The notes beneath the pieces were generated by a model. That model ran no database searches and was not told where the DNA came from. It was given only the letters and a program-made list of their open reading frames with translations. Both the position numbers and the translations under genes were made by a program. From the NCBI GenBank assembly GCA_963817535.1, contig CAWFOW010000011.1:243473-307472 (forward strand): 64,000 bases of DNA, written 5' to 3'. This DNA comes from an uncultured Alphaproteobacteria bacterium (GTDB lineage Bacteria; Pseudomonadota; Alphaproteobacteria; MPNO01; DASWLB01). This document shows positions 9,457 through 24,165 of this stretch, one piece after another (within the stretch, counting starts at the first letter, position 1; every line of letters starts with the position of its first letter).

Positions 9457-11424
9457 TCAATGGGTGACCATGTTGTTGACGAGGTACAGGCTGATCGCCG
9501 GGAACGCCACGAGCAGGCCGAGCTTTACGAAATCCGCAAGGACGTAGGGGAACACCCCCTTGTAGATCGTCCACATCGGCACGTCCGGCGTCACGCTTTT
9601 CAGCACGAACACGTTGATCCCGAGCGGCGGATGGATCAGGCCGGTCTCGACCACGGCGAGCTGGATGATGCCCCACCACACCAGGTCGTAGCCCATGTTC
9701 AGGATCAGGGGCGTCACGATCGGCACGGTGATGACCATCACCGCGAACGATTCCATCAGCGAGCCGAGGATCAGGTAGAAGACCAGCAGCATCGCCATGA
9801 CTTCCCAGTTGGCCCAGCCGAGGTGGGACACCCAGTCGGTCGCGATCTGTGTCAGGGCGCTGACCGCAACGAAGAACGAGAAGGTCTGCGCGCCGAAGAT
9901 CAGCCCGTAGATCATGGCGGTCACCGCCGTCACTTCGGCCATCACGCGCCAGAACGCGCCGCCCTTGAGCTTGCCGCGATGTAGCGCCGCAAGGAACGCG
10001 CCGACCGCGCCCACCGCCGCCGACTCCGTGTCCGTGAAGATGCCCATGTAGAGCCCGCCCATCACGGCGAGGAACAGGGCACCCACCGCGCGGCACTGCC
10101 ACAGCTGCTTGCCGATCTCGGTCGCGCCTGCGTGGAGCGACTTGGGGCACGATTTCGGCGCGAGGTGGACGTACAGCCAAACGGTCGCGCAGTACAGCGA
10201 GACGCTGAGCAGGGCCGGGCCGAACGCACCCATGAACAGCCGGCCGACCGAGGCCTCGGTCAGCAGCGCGAAGACGATCAGCGGGCCGGACGGCGGCACC
10301 AGCGCGCCAAGCGTGCCGCCGGCCGCGCAGACGCCCGTCGACAGGGCGGGAGAGTAGCCGCGGCTGCGCATCTCGGGCACCGCCACCTTGCCGATCAGCG
10401 AGGCGGTGGCGATCGACGACGAGGTCAGCGCGCCGAACCCGGCGCAGCCGACGACTGTGGCGTAGGCGAGGCCGCCGCGCAGCCGGCCGAGGACGGTGTG
10501 CGCCAGATCGTACAGGTCGGTCGCCATGCCCGCCGTGGCGGCGAAGCTGCCCATCATCAGGAAGAGCGGCAGCGTGCCGACCTGGCTGTTGGTGAGGAAG
10601 CCTTCGGCTTCGGTGGCGAATGCGCTGAGCGCCGGGTCGAACCCGATGATCAGCGCGGCACCGACCAGGCCCACCATCCCCATGACGGCAGCGAGCGGCA
10701 CCAGCCCGAGCATGAACAGCCACAGGCAAAGGAAGGCGTACAGCACCTCGAGCCCGATATGCCGCTGGGCCCAGCTCGAGACGTCATGGATGTTCAGCGC
10801 GACATAGACGGCGAGCGCGACCACTGCAATGCCGGTGGCAAACGTAATCTTCGTGAACGTCGGATGCGTCTCCTCGCCCGGCTGCGGCGGGGGATGGTCA
10901 ATGACCTTGCGGAAATTGTTGAGCGCAACAACGACCTGCACGAGGCAGCCGATCGTGAGCAGCACCGCGACACCGTAGATGAACGGCGCCTGCGGCAGGC
11001 CGAGCATCACCGTACCGCGCCCCTGCTCGGCCAACTGGCCGGCATAGACATAGATCTGCCAGGTCAGGAGCGAAAAGAAGGTCAGCAGAATGAGCGAACC
11101 GACCGAGTCGAGCCACATCCCGAGCCGGGGCGTCATGAACCGGGTCAGCAGGTCGATGCGCAGATTGACCTTGTTGGCGAGGCCCGCCGGCACGGTGGCC
11201 GAGATCGCCACCGCGAACAGCATGGCGGTGACTTCGTTCAGGGCCGGGAAGGGCGAGTTGAACAGCCAGCGCATCAGCACGTCGAGCACCGTCGCGCCTG
11301 CGGCGGTCAGCATCCCCGCCACGCCGAGCGAGGCGACAGGTCGGGTCCACAGGACGCAGATATGCTCCAGGCGCTCGAGCAACGGCTGCGCCGAAGCGCC
11401 TTCCGCCTGCGCGACGTGAGCCAT
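9457..11424 (-). CDS. TRAP transporter fused permease (DctQ-DctM fusion), paralog A
   Basis: DctQ-like N-terminal segment (LFNSPFPALNEV...) followed by a DctM-like body (PLFLMMGSF...GCAGFGALTSSSIATAS...GTLGALVPPS). The ATG at 11424 has a GGGAGG RBS 7 nt upstream, so the track start 11532 is probably over-extended. Confidence 0.85.
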   Translation of the reverse strand: MAHVAQAEGASAQPLLERLEHICVLWTRPVASLGVAGMLTAAGATVLDVLMRWLFNSPFPALNEVTAMLFAVAISATVPAGLANKVNLRIDLLTRFMTPRLGMWLDSVGSLILLTFFSLLTWQIYVYAGQLAEQGRGTVMLGLPQAPFIYGVAVLLTIGCLVQVVVALNNFRKVIDHPPPQPGEETHPTFTKITFATGIAVVALAVYVALNIHDVSSWAQRHIGLEVLYAFLCLWLFMLGLVPLAAVMGMVGLVGAALIIGFDPALSAFATEAEGFLTNSQVGTLPLFLMMGSFAATAGMATDLYDLAHTVLGRLRGGLAYATVVGCAGFGALTSSSIATASLIGKVAVPEMRSRGYSPALSTGVCAAGGTLGALVPPSGPLIVFALLTEASVGRLFMGAFGPALLSVSLYCATVWLYVHLAPKSCPKSLHAGATEIGKQLWQCRAVGALFLAVMGGLYMGIFTDTESAAVGAVGAFLAALHRGKLKGGAFWRVMAEVTAVTAMIYGLIFGAQTFSFFVAVSALTQIATDWVSHLGWANWEVMAMLLVFYLILGSLMESFAVMVITVPIVTPLILNMGYDLVWWGIIQLAVVETGLIHPPLGINVFVLKSVTPDVPMWTIYKGVFPYVLADFVKLGLLVAFPAISLYLVNNMVTH

Positions 11425-11616
11425 CTCAGGCCTCCCCATTGGTACGCGCATCGTTATTTTAGGACGCGTGGGATGGGCACATCCTACGCGATTCTTTGCT
11501 GACGGGCCGGGCGCTCGGCCGAGGCCCTCCAAATCTGTGTAATGAAATTATCGCTTAATGGCAAGCAGCGCGCCGCGGCGCATGGCCGCGCGCGGCGCGC
11601 CGTTCGCCGCTGATTT

Positions 11617-13587
11617 TCACTGTGTCATCATGGTGTTGACGAGCCACAGCGAGATGCCCGGAAAGGCCACGAGGAGAGAGACCTTGACGATGTCGGCCAG
11701 CACGAACGGCATGACCCCCCGGTAGGTCGTCCATATCGACACGTCGGGCGTGATCGATTTGAGCACGAACACGTTCAGTCCCAGGGGCGGGGTGATCAGG
11801 CCGGTCTCCACCATGCACAGCATCACGACGCCCCACCAGATCAGGTCGTAGTTCAGGTTGAGGATGAGCGGCGTAATGATCGGCACGGTGATCACCATCA
11901 CGGCGAAGGAATCCATGATGGAGCCGAGGATCAGGTAGCCGACCAGCAGCACCGCGATAATCACCCACGCGTCCCAGCTCACGGCGCCGAAGAAGTCGAC
12001 CACGTTCTGGGCGAGTGCGGTGACGGCCACGAAGAACGCGAATGTGTTGGCCCCGAAGATCAGGGCGTAGATCATCGCGGTCACGAAGGTGGTCTCGGCC
12101 ATGACCTGCCAGAACCGCCCGCCGGACAGCGCGCCGCGCATGAGCGCGATGACGAAGCAGGTGAACGCGCCGACGGCGGCTGCCTCGGTGTCGGTGAACA
12201 CGCCGAAATAGAGCCCGCCCATGACCAGGAAGAACACCAGCCCGACCGCCCGACAGCGCCAGATCGCCGACAGTACTTCCTGGCCGCTGCGCTTGTCGCT
12301 GGGCGGGGTCGCGCCCGGAGTCAGGCGGATCGTCGTGTAGATCGCGGTGAAGTACAGGATCACGGCCAGGAACGCCGGGCCGAACGCGGCGATGAACAGG
12401 CGCCCGACCGAGACTTCGGTCAGCAGCGCGAACAACACCAGCGGCGCCGAGGGGGGCACCAGCGCCCCCAGCGTCCCGCCCGCGGCGACGCAGCCGGTCG
12501 AGAATCCAGCCGAATAGCCCCGGGCGCGCATCTCGGGGATCGAGACCTTGCCGATCAGCGTGGCGGTGGCCACCGACGAGCTCGTCAGCACGCCGAAGCC
12601 GGCGCAGCCGGCGACGGTCGCTAGCCCGAGACCGCCGCGAAACCGGCCGAGCGTCGCGTGGGCGAGGTTGTAGAGATCGCCCGCCATTCCGGACTGGGCG
12701 GCGAAGCTGCCCATCATCAGGAAGAGCGGCAGGGTGGCGACCTGACTGTTGGTCAGGAAGCCGGTCGCCTCGGTCGCGAAGGCGGAAAGGGCCGGCGGGA
12801 ATCCGATGACCGTCGCCGAACCCACGAGCCCGACAAGCCCGAGCACGGCGGCAAGCGGCACCAGCCCGAGCATCAGCACCCATAGCATCACGAAGGCGAG
12901 GCCGACGGCACTGCTCAGGTGGTTCTGCGACCAGGCCGCGACGTCGTCGAAATTGAACGCACCGTAGACAAGCGTGCCCAGTATCGCGAGCGCGATCGCG
13001 ACCGAGATGGCGGTTGCCGCTGCCGGCGCGTCCTGTCCGGCGTACTTGCCCGCGCGGATGATCGCGCGCCGGACGTTGCCGAGAACCATGACGACCTGCA
13101 CCAGGCTGGCCAGCCCGAGAAGATAGGCCGCGCCGTAGATGAATGGTGCCTGCGGCAAGCCGAGCATCACCGTGCCGCGTCCCTGGGCGGCGAGCTGGCC
13201 AGCGTACTGATGGATGTGCCACGTGAGCAGCGCGAAATAGAGGAGCAGCAGCACCCCGCCAAATACGTCAAGCCAGGCGGCGAGCCGGCCCGTCAGCCAG
13301 CGGGCAAGAAGGTCGACCTTGATGTTGACCCCGTTTGCCATCCCGGCGGTCATGCAGGCGGAGATGGCGACGGCGAAGGTCATTGCCACCACCTCGTTCA
13401 GCGCCGGCAGCGGCGAATTGAACAGCCAGCGCAGCAGCACGTCGACCACGGTCGCGGCCGCGACGATCAGCATCCCCAGCACGCCGATGAAGGCGATCGG
13501 CCGAGTCAGGCGGCGACACCATTCTTCCGCCTTCTCGATGGTGGATATGGGTTGGTCGGCACCCAACGTGGCGGCGGCGTCGGCCAT
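11617..13587 (-). CDS. TRAP transporter fused permease (DctQ-DctM fusion), paralog B
   Basis: 656 aa, close paralog of 9457..11424 with the same motif set. Separated from paralog A by a 192-bp spacer that contains a GC-rich palindrome. Confidence 0.85.
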   Translation of the reverse strand: MADAAATLGADQPISTIEKAEEWCRRLTRPIAFIGVLGMLIVAAATVVDVLLRWLFNSPLPALNEVVAMTFAVAISACMTAGMANGVNIKVDLLARWLTGRLAAWLDVFGGVLLLLYFALLTWHIHQYAGQLAAQGRGTVMLGLPQAPFIYGAAYLLGLASLVQVVMVLGNVRRAIIRAGKYAGQDAPAAATAISVAIALAILGTLVYGAFNFDDVAAWSQNHLSSAVGLAFVMLWVLMLGLVPLAAVLGLVGLVGSATVIGFPPALSAFATEATGFLTNSQVATLPLFLMMGSFAAQSGMAGDLYNLAHATLGRFRGGLGLATVAGCAGFGVLTSSSVATATLIGKVSIPEMRARGYSAGFSTGCVAAGGTLGALVPPSAPLVLFALLTEVSVGRLFIAAFGPAFLAVILYFTAIYTTIRLTPGATPPSDKRSGQEVLSAIWRCRAVGLVFFLVMGGLYFGVFTDTEAAAVGAFTCFVIALMRGALSGGRFWQVMAETTFVTAMIYALIFGANTFAFFVAVTALAQNVVDFFGAVSWDAWVIIAVLLVGYLILGSIMDSFAVMVITVPIITPLILNLNYDLIWWGVVMLCMVETGLITPPLGLNVFVLKSITPDVSIWTTYRGVMPFVLADIVKVSLLVAFPGISLWLVNTMMTQ

Positions 13588-13631
13588 GGCGATTTCCTTA
13601 TGTTCTCAATGCTTGATGTTTCGCGCTCGCC

Positions 13632-15569
13632 CTATGCGATGCGTACGCCGCGCCGGCGGATCGTCGCTTCGATCGCCAGCAATCCGGCCGCGAGCGCGAG
13701 ACCGAGAATGTCCGAGTACTGGCCCCATGACGCCGCGCCGGCCGGCACGAGCAGCAGGAACCCGGCCAGCACGAACAGCACCCGCCGGTCGATCGGCAGG
13801 GGCCGGAACAGATAGCCCACGAATCCCGCCGAGATCAGCCACACCCCGCCCAGCGCTGTTACGGTCGCCTGGGCGATCTGCATGGGATTGCCCTGCAGCA
13901 AAAGACTCGGCGCGAAGACGAACAGGAACGGCACGATATAGGCGGTCCAGCCGAACCGCATGGCGGTGTAGCCGGTATGCATTGGCGCCGATCCGGCGAG
14001 GTTCGCCGCGAAAAAAGCGGCGATCGCGACCGGCGGCGTCACCATCGACATCATGCCGAGATAGAAGATGAACATGTGCGCGGCGAGCGGCTTGACCCCG
14101 ACCTCGACCAGCGACGGCGCCACGGCAACCGCCAGCAGCACGTAGACCCCGATCGGCGGCATGCCCATGCCCAGGATGATGCAGATCACCGCGGCGACGG
14201 CGAGCAGCACCAGCATGTTGCCCGATCCGATCTCGACCAGCGCCATGGTCAGCGCGAAGCCGAGCCCGGAGAGGTTCAGAACCCCCATGATGAAGCCGGC
14301 CGCGGCGACGATCATCATGACGCCGACGACGCCCGACGAGGTGTCGACGATCGTACCCCAGAGATCCTTCAGGGTCAGGCGGTGGCCCTTGTAGCCGACG
14401 GTGAAGCCTAGCAGGATCACCGCGCCCGAGGCGTAGAGCGCCGCGGTCTCAGGCAGCATGTTGTAGGTGAACAGCGCGCCGACCAGAACGATGAAGGGCA
14501 GGGCGAAGATCCATCCGCTCTTCAGCACCTCCCAGAACTTCGGGATCATGTCCTCGGCGACGCGCGCATAGCCGCCCTTCGCCGCCTCGAGGTCGGCGAA
14601 GATGAACAGCGATGTGTAGTAGAGCAGCGCCGGGATGATCGCCGCCAGCGCGACGTCGCGGTACGGCATGGCCAGGATGTCGGCCATCAGGAACGCGACC
14701 GCGCCCATCACCGGCGGGACCAGCGCGCCGCCGGTCGACGCAACCGCCTCGATCGCCGCGGCGACGTGGGCGGGATAGCCGGCGCGGCGCATCAGCGGGA
14801 TGGTCACCACGCCGGTCGCCATGATGTTCGACGAAGCGATGCCCGAGATGGTGCCGAACAGGCCCGAGGCGGTGATCGCGATCTTGGCCGAGCCGCCGCG
14901 ATAGCGCCCCATGGCCGCGATCGCGAAATCGTTGAAGAAGTTCGAGCCGTGCGAGCGCAGCAGGAGCTGGCCGAAGAAGATGAACGCGATCACGATCGTG
15001 GCGCCGATCTTCAGCGCCGGTCCCAGCAGCGCCGACGTGTCGAGCGAGAGGTAGATGAACAGCTTGTCGGCGTCGATCTCGCGGGTCTGCAGGATGCCCG
15101 GCCCCCACTGGCCGACCAGCGCGTAGACCACGAACACCATCAGCACGATCACCAGCGTGTTGCCGACCGATCGCCGCAGCCCTTCGACGATCAGCGCGAA
15201 AAAGATGATCGAGACGATCAGTTCGTCGAGCGGACGATCGATCATCCGGTCGGTCATGTCGGGATAGTTGATGGCCGTGTAGGCCGCGGTCGCGATTCCC
15301 AGCACGACCGCGAACGCGTCGTACCAGGGCAGGGTGGTGCGCTTCGTTCCCATCTTGGCCGGGAACTGCAGGTATATGATGCCGAGCGCGAGCCCCAGCA
15401 TGCCGGCCAGGAACTGCTCGTTGTAGAGGATCAGTCCGACCGGCCGGAACAAATCGAGCGACCAGGCGATCGACACCAGTGTCATTGTCGCCGCCAGCGT
15501 CACCCGGCTGGTGCGCACGATCGCACTCGCCCGCGGGGCGACGTCGACCGCTTCTTCCAGTTCAGCCAC
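13632..15569 (-). CDS. TRAP transporter fused permease (TAXI-associated type), divergent third copy
   Basis: 645 aa polytopic membrane protein with fused small- and large-permease architecture. Lies immediately downstream of two TAXI-like binding-protein genes. Confidence 0.75.
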   Translation of the reverse strand: MAELEEAVDVAPRASAIVRTSRVTLAATMTLVSIAWSLDLFRPVGLILYNEQFLAGMLGLALGIIYLQFPAKMGTKRTTLPWYDAFAVVLGIATAAYTAINYPDMTDRMIDRPLDELIVSIIFFALIVEGLRRSVGNTLVIVLMVFVVYALVGQWGPGILQTREIDADKLFIYLSLDTSALLGPALKIGATIVIAFIFFGQLLLRSHGSNFFNDFAIAAMGRYRGGSAKIAITASGLFGTISGIASSNIMATGVVTIPLMRRAGYPAHVAAAIEAVASTGGALVPPVMGAVAFLMADILAMPYRDVALAAIIPALLYYTSLFIFADLEAAKGGYARVAEDMIPKFWEVLKSGWIFALPFIVLVGALFTYNMLPETAALYASGAVILLGFTVGYKGHRLTLKDLWGTIVDTSSGVVGVMMIVAAAGFIMGVLNLSGLGFALTMALVEIGSGNMLVLLAVAAVICIILGMGMPPIGVYVLLAVAVAPSLVEVGVKPLAAHMFIFYLGMMSMVTPPVAIAAFFAANLAGSAPMHTGYTAMRFGWTAYIVPFLFVFAPSLLLQGNPMQIAQATVTALGGVWLISAGFVGYLFRPLPIDRRVLFVLAGFLLLVPAGAASWGQYSDILGLALAAGLLAIEATIRRRGVRIA

Positions 15570-15622
15570 GAAGATGTTCCCTGCGGGTCATGGGCGGACA
15601 GCGCGCACCGGCAGCGCGCAGG

Positions 15623-16603
15623 CTACATGCCGTCACCCTTGCCCTTCCATATCCCGATCTGCTCGTAATATTTCTTCGCGGCGGGATGGTATTGCAGACC
15701 TGGGAACTGCTTCGCCATGTTCTCCGGATGGAACGCGGCGAACGAGCCGTGCGCCTTGATCAGGTCGGCGCGATGGTCGTGCACGATCTTGACCACCGTC
15801 TCGACGATGCTGTCCGGCACCTTCGCCGAGGTGACGATGGTGATGTCGAACGCCAGCACGCGGGTCGGCTTTTCCACCCCCACCGCGCGCGGGCCGGGAT
15901 CGACCGTCGCGATGTAGAAGTACGGGTTGAATGACTGGACGGCGGCCAGCGCCTCCGGGCCCTCGCGGACGGACAGGAACTTCAGCCCGCCGACGGCCGA
16001 ATCCGCCTCGCGCACCATCGGCGCCTCGACCGCGACGATCGTGCCGTCGTTCTTGCCTTCCTTGAAGTCGGCGACCGAGCGCACCAGGCCCGGCACCGGC
16101 ACATGCTGGACGTCCTTCAGAGTGAGACCGGCGGTCTTGAGCAGCGCCAGCAAATAGTCCTGGCTCGACGGGAAGGCGTTCCAGCCCGTCGGCATCCGCT
16201 TGCCCTTGAGGTCGGCGTAGCTGTTGATCCCCGAATCCTTGCGCACGAGCATGCCGAGCGTCAGCGGGCGCAGGTTGAAGGCGACGCGGATGTTCGGGTT
16301 CTTGTGGCCCTTGAAGTAGTCCGCGCCGGTCAGCCCTGCGGCCGCCTCATGCGTGCTGCCGAGATGAAATTCGGCCTCGCCCGCATTCAACGCGGCGATG
16401 GCCAGCGCGCCGCTGCGCAGCGGACTCACCCGCATGCGCAGGTCGGAATGCTCCTGGATCACCTTGGCCAGCGCGCTCGTCTGGAAGAAGTTGATCGTGC
16501 CCTGGGGCAACGACGCAAAGGCGACGGTACCCTGTGCCAGGGCGTCGCGCGCGCCGAACAGTCCGGCCAGCGCGGCAGCGGCGATCACGAGGTGCTTTCT
16601 CAT
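15623..16603 (-). CDS. TRAP transporter solute-binding protein, TAXI family
   Basis: 326 aa with signal peptide (MRKHLVIAAAALAGLFGARDALA). Periplasmic binding-protein fold, adjacent to the fused TRAP permeases. Confidence 0.7.
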   Translation of the reverse strand: MRKHLVIAAAALAGLFGARDALAQGTVAFASLPQGTINFFQTSALAKVIQEHSDLRMRVSPLRSGALAIAALNAGEAEFHLGSTHEAAAGLTGADYFKGHKNPNIRVAFNLRPLTLGMLVRKDSGINSYADLKGKRMPTGWNAFPSSQDYLLALLKTAGLTLKDVQHVPVPGLVRSVADFKEGKNDGTIVAVEAPMVREADSAVGGLKFLSVREGPEALAAVQSFNPYFYIATVDPGPRAVGVEKPTRVLAFDITIVTSAKVPDSIVETVVKIVHDHRADLIKAHGSFAAFHPENMAKQFPGLQYHPAAKKYYEQIGIWKGKGDGM

Positions 16604-16687
16604 GGCGTTTGCCTCCTGTGAATTTTCTCGGGTGACCGGGCCACCTGCGCGGCCAGTCCCACACGTTGTCGGTCGACCTTACAAGAA

Positions 16688-16715
16688 GCCCCGCGGGCGG
16701 TAAAGCGCGCGGGGC
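16688..16715 (-). terminator. hairpin between the two TAXI binding-protein genes
   Basis: Stem gccccgcg / cgcggggc with loop ggcggtaaag. On the minus strand it is followed by cttcttgt. Confidence 0.4.
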
Positions 16716-16728
16716 TCCGACGGCCACG

Positions 16729-17697
16729 TCAGGTGCCGTCCTTCCAGAGACCGATTTCCTTGTAGTATTTGATCGCGCCCGGATGATGGGGCATCGACTT
16801 GAACCGCTTGGCCATCAGGTCCGGCTTGAACTGGTTGAAGGACGGGTGCGCCTTGATCAGCTCGGCACGGTGGTCGTGGATGGTCTTGACGAACTTGTAG
16901 ACCACCTCGTCGGGCACCTTCGCCGAGGTGACGACCACTAGGTCGAAGGCCAGCACGTTGGTGGGCCCGATGATGCCGGGAAGCCGCTTGCCGGGCTGCA
17001 TCTTCATGATGAACAGGCCGGGCTTCACCAATTCGACGGCAGCGAGCGCCTCGGGTCCGTCCGGCATCGACAGGAAGCGGATGCCGCCGACCGAGGCGTC
17101 GATCTCGCGCACCTTCGGGGCGTCGACCGCGAAATAGGTCGCGTCGGTCTTGCCCTGCTTGAAATCCTCCGATGCGCGGATGAGTTCGGGCACCGGTACC
17201 GGGTCGACGTCCTTGATGGAAAGCCCGGCGGTGGCGAGGATCGCGTTGATGTTCACGACCACGTTGGGGTAGGCCTTCCAACCGGTCGGAAAGCGCCGTC
17301 CCTTGAGGTCAGCGACCGCCTTGATGTCCGAATCCTTGCGCACGAAGATGCCGAGCGGCAGGGCGCGGTTCTCGAACGCGACGCGCAAGTCCTTCTGCGG
17401 CTTGCCCTTGAAGATGTCCGTGCCGTGATAGGCCTCGGACGACTCGATGATGTTGCTGATCTGGAACTCCGCATCGCCCGCATTGACGGCGGCATGGCCG
17501 AGCGAGGCGCCGCGCATCGTCTTGACGCGCATCACGAGGTCGGAATGCTCCTGCACAACCTTCGCGATCGCCGCGGTCTGGAAAAAGTTGATCGTGCCCT
17601 GCGGCAGCGAAACCATCGCGATGGGCTGCGCGGCCTGCGCCTGTGCGGCGCAGGCGAGCACCGCGGCGGCTGCGACGGTGGCGAGCTGTTTTCTCAT
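16729..17697 (-). CDS. TRAP transporter solute-binding protein, TAXI family (paralog)
   Basis: 322 aa with signal peptide. Paralog of 15623..16603. Confidence 0.7.
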   Translation of the reverse strand: MRKQLATVAAAAVLACAAQAQAAQPIAMVSLPQGTINFFQTAAIAKVVQEHSDLVMRVKTMRGASLGHAAVNAGDAEFQISNIIESSEAYHGTDIFKGKPQKDLRVAFENRALPLGIFVRKDSDIKAVADLKGRRFPTGWKAYPNVVVNINAILATAGLSIKDVDPVPVPELIRASEDFKQGKTDATYFAVDAPKVREIDASVGGIRFLSMPDGPEALAAVELVKPGLFIMKMQPGKRLPGIIGPTNVLAFDLVVVTSAKVPDEVVYKFVKTIHDHRAELIKAHPSFNQFKPDLMAKRFKSMPHHPGAIKYYKEIGLWKDGT

Positions 17698-17760
17698 ACG
17701 GCATTCCTCCCGGATTTTCGTTCTGCCGGCATTATAAACGGCACGAAACGGGAGGGTACG

Positions 17761-17781
17761 GAAAAGGGCGGTGCGCCGCCC
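17761..17781 (-). terminator. rho-independent terminator of greA
   Basis: On the minus strand, GGGCGGCGCACCGCCC followed by TTTTCC lies just downstream of the greA stop. Confidence 0.65.
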
Positions 17782-17786
17782 GCAGG

Positions 17787-18260
17787 CTATTTGTAGCGGA
17801 CCGACAGGATCTCGTAGGACTTGGATCCCGCAGGCGTCGTGACCTCGACCGAATCGCCCACCCGCTTGCCGATCAGCGCGCGCGCCAGCGGCGCCGTAAT
17901 GGCCAGCTTGCCCGATTTGATGTCGGCCTCGTCCTCGCCGACGATCTGGTAGGTCGCCTCTTCGTCGGTGTCCTCGTCGGCGAGCTTCACCTTGGCCCCG
18001 AACTTCACGTCCTTGCCGGAAAGCTGTGAGGGGTCGATCACCTCGGCCCGGCGCAGCTTGTCCTCGAGCTCGCCCAGCCGGCCCTCGATGAAGCCCTGAC
18101 GTTCGCGCGCCGCATGGTACTCGGCGTTCTCGGAGAGGTCGCCATGACCGCGTGCGGCCGCGATGGCCTTGATGATCTGCGGCCGCTCGATCGTCTTAAG
18201 GCGCTTCAACTCGGCCTCCAGCCGGCTGAAGCCTTCCGATGTCATCGGTATCTTGTCCAT
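17787..18260 (-). CDS. greA: transcription elongation factor GreA
   Basis: [22 protein letters not shown]... is a clear GreA. The ATG is at 18260; the track start 18302 is over-extended. Confidence 0.9.
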   Translation of the reverse strand: MDKIPMTSEGFSRLEAELKRLKTIERPQIIKAIAAARGHGDLSENAEYHAARERQGFIEGRLGELEDKLRRAEVIDPSQLSGKDVKFGAKVKLADEDTDEEATYQIVGEDEADIKSGKLAITAPLARALIGKRVGDSVEVTTPAGSKSYEILSVRYK

Positions 18261-18361
18261 TCCCCTGCGACCCAAAGAAAGCGAGGCGTCCTGCGGCGGC
18301 AACGTGCCGTCGCTACCCGACGTGGCTGGCCAGATGGTGCCGTCCGGTCTTGCGTACCACC

Positions 18362-21634
<3,273 letters not shown>

Positions 21635-21681
21635 GGGAGTGCCCGTCCGGGTCGCATTCGGCCGCCCGAAGATGTATATTC

Positions 21682-21912
21682 TTGTTCATGGCAACGCTAT
21701 TGGACAAAGCCTTCGACGAGGCCCGGAAGCTCGCCCCGGAGGACCAGGAGAGGTTGGCCGCGATCATCCTCGAGGAGATTGCGGACGAGGCGCGCTGGGC
21801 GAAGAAGTTCGCCGAAACGCGGGATTCGATCGACCGCTTGGCGGACGAAGCGCTGGAGGAGTTCCGGGCCGGCCAAACCGAGCCGATGGAATTTCCTCCT
21901 CGCAGGGGATGA
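21682..21912 (+). CDS. putative type II antitoxin
   Basis: 76 aa (possibly starting at M3, nt 21688), small acidic helical protein. Its stop TGA overlaps the ATG of the downstream toxin gene (ATGA overlap at 21909..21912). Confidence 0.55.
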   Translation: MFMATLLDKAFDEARKLAPEDQERLAAIILEEIADEARWAKKFAETRDSIDRLADEALEEFRAGQTEPMEFPPRRG

Positions 21913-22178
21913 GGTCCGTACGAACGAAGCGGTTCATGGCCTGCTTCGACGCGCTTCCCCTCCATATACAGCGGCAGGCCATCGAAACCTTCCGGTCGTG
22001 GCAGGCCGACCCGTCCCGTTCCTCGCTCGAATTCAAGCGAGTCGGTCATCGCCTGCCCGTGTACTCGGTGCGTATTGGCATCCACTGGCGCGCGCTTTGC
22101 GTGCAGGAACGGGATAGCTGGATCTGGTTCTGGATCGGCTCGCACGCCGACTACGACAATCTGCTCCGCCGGATGTGA
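21909..22178 (+). CDS. RelE/ParE superfamily toxin (YafQ/ParE-like)
   Basis: 89 aa. The C-terminal ...VYSVRIGIHWRALCVQERDSWIWFWIGSHADYDNLL resembles RelE/ParE-fold toxins (xxGSHxxY ending). Start codon verified at 21909. The ORF track shows this frame only as part of a longer 200-aa ORF. Confidence 0.6.
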   Translation: MRSVRTKRFMACFDALPLHIQRQAIETFRSWQADPSRSSLEFKRVGHRLPVYSVRIGIHWRALCVQERDSWIWFWIGSHADYDNLLRRM

Positions 22179-22185
22179 CACGCGC

Positions 22186-23376
<1,191 letters not shown>

Positions 23377-23586
23377 CGGGCGGGACGATCCTTGACCGGT
23401 TGGGAAACTCGGGCCGCGCGCGAGGGTGCGAGCCAAATTGCGCGTTTGATAGAGAAAAGGGCGAAGCCCGTCAAGGCGCGGAAGGCAATTATGTTTTCCC
23501 CTGTTTTCAATAAGTTATGTGGGCAACGGCGGGTTTGCCAGCGCCCTTGAGTTGAGCTAGCTTCCGACCGGGCAAGGGGCCTGATC

Positions 23587-24054
23587 ATGGACGATCCGAT
23601 ACGGAACCGGCTGAACGGCGCCCTCAAGACCGCGATGAAGGCGCAGGACAAGCGCGGCACCTCGACGCTGCGGCTGATCCTGGCGGCGATCAAGGACCGC
23701 GACATCGCCGCGCGTTCCAAGGGAAATACCGAGGGGCTGACCGATGAGGAAATCCTCGGCGTGCTGCAGACGATGATTCGCCAGCGCCAGGAATCGGCCG
23801 AGCTGTACGACAAGGGCGGCCGGCCCGAACTCGCCGCCGACGAGCGCGCCGAGATCGTCATCATCGAATCGTTCCTGCCCCAGCAGATGAGCGAATCGGA
23901 GATGAACGCCGCCGTCGCCGAGGTGATCGGTGCATGCGGCGCCACCTCGATGAAGGATATGGGCCGGGCGATGGCCGCGCTGCGAGCAAACTACGCGGGG
24001 CGGATGGATTTCGCGAAGGTAAGCCAGCTCGTCAAGGCGCGCCTCTCGACCTAG
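23587..24054 (+). CDS. GatB/YqeY domain-containing protein
   Basis: 155 aa, MDDPIRNRLNGALKTAMKAQDKRGTSTLRLILAAIKDRDIAARS... is the typical YqeY family. Confidence 0.85.
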   Translation: MDDPIRNRLNGALKTAMKAQDKRGTSTLRLILAAIKDRDIAARSKGNTEGLTDEEILGVLQTMIRQRQESAELYDKGGRPELAADERAEIVIIESFLPQQMSESEMNAAVAEVIGACGATSMKDMGRAMAALRANYAGRMDFAKVSQLVKARLST

Positions 24055-24165
24055 CGCATCTTCCGCTCGCGCCCCGGCCCGCTTGACGGGCCGCCACCTC
24101 GAACCTACCATTCCACCATCGGCGGGCGGCCGCAGAGGCCGCTCGTTCTGTGAGTGGGAGAGCAC

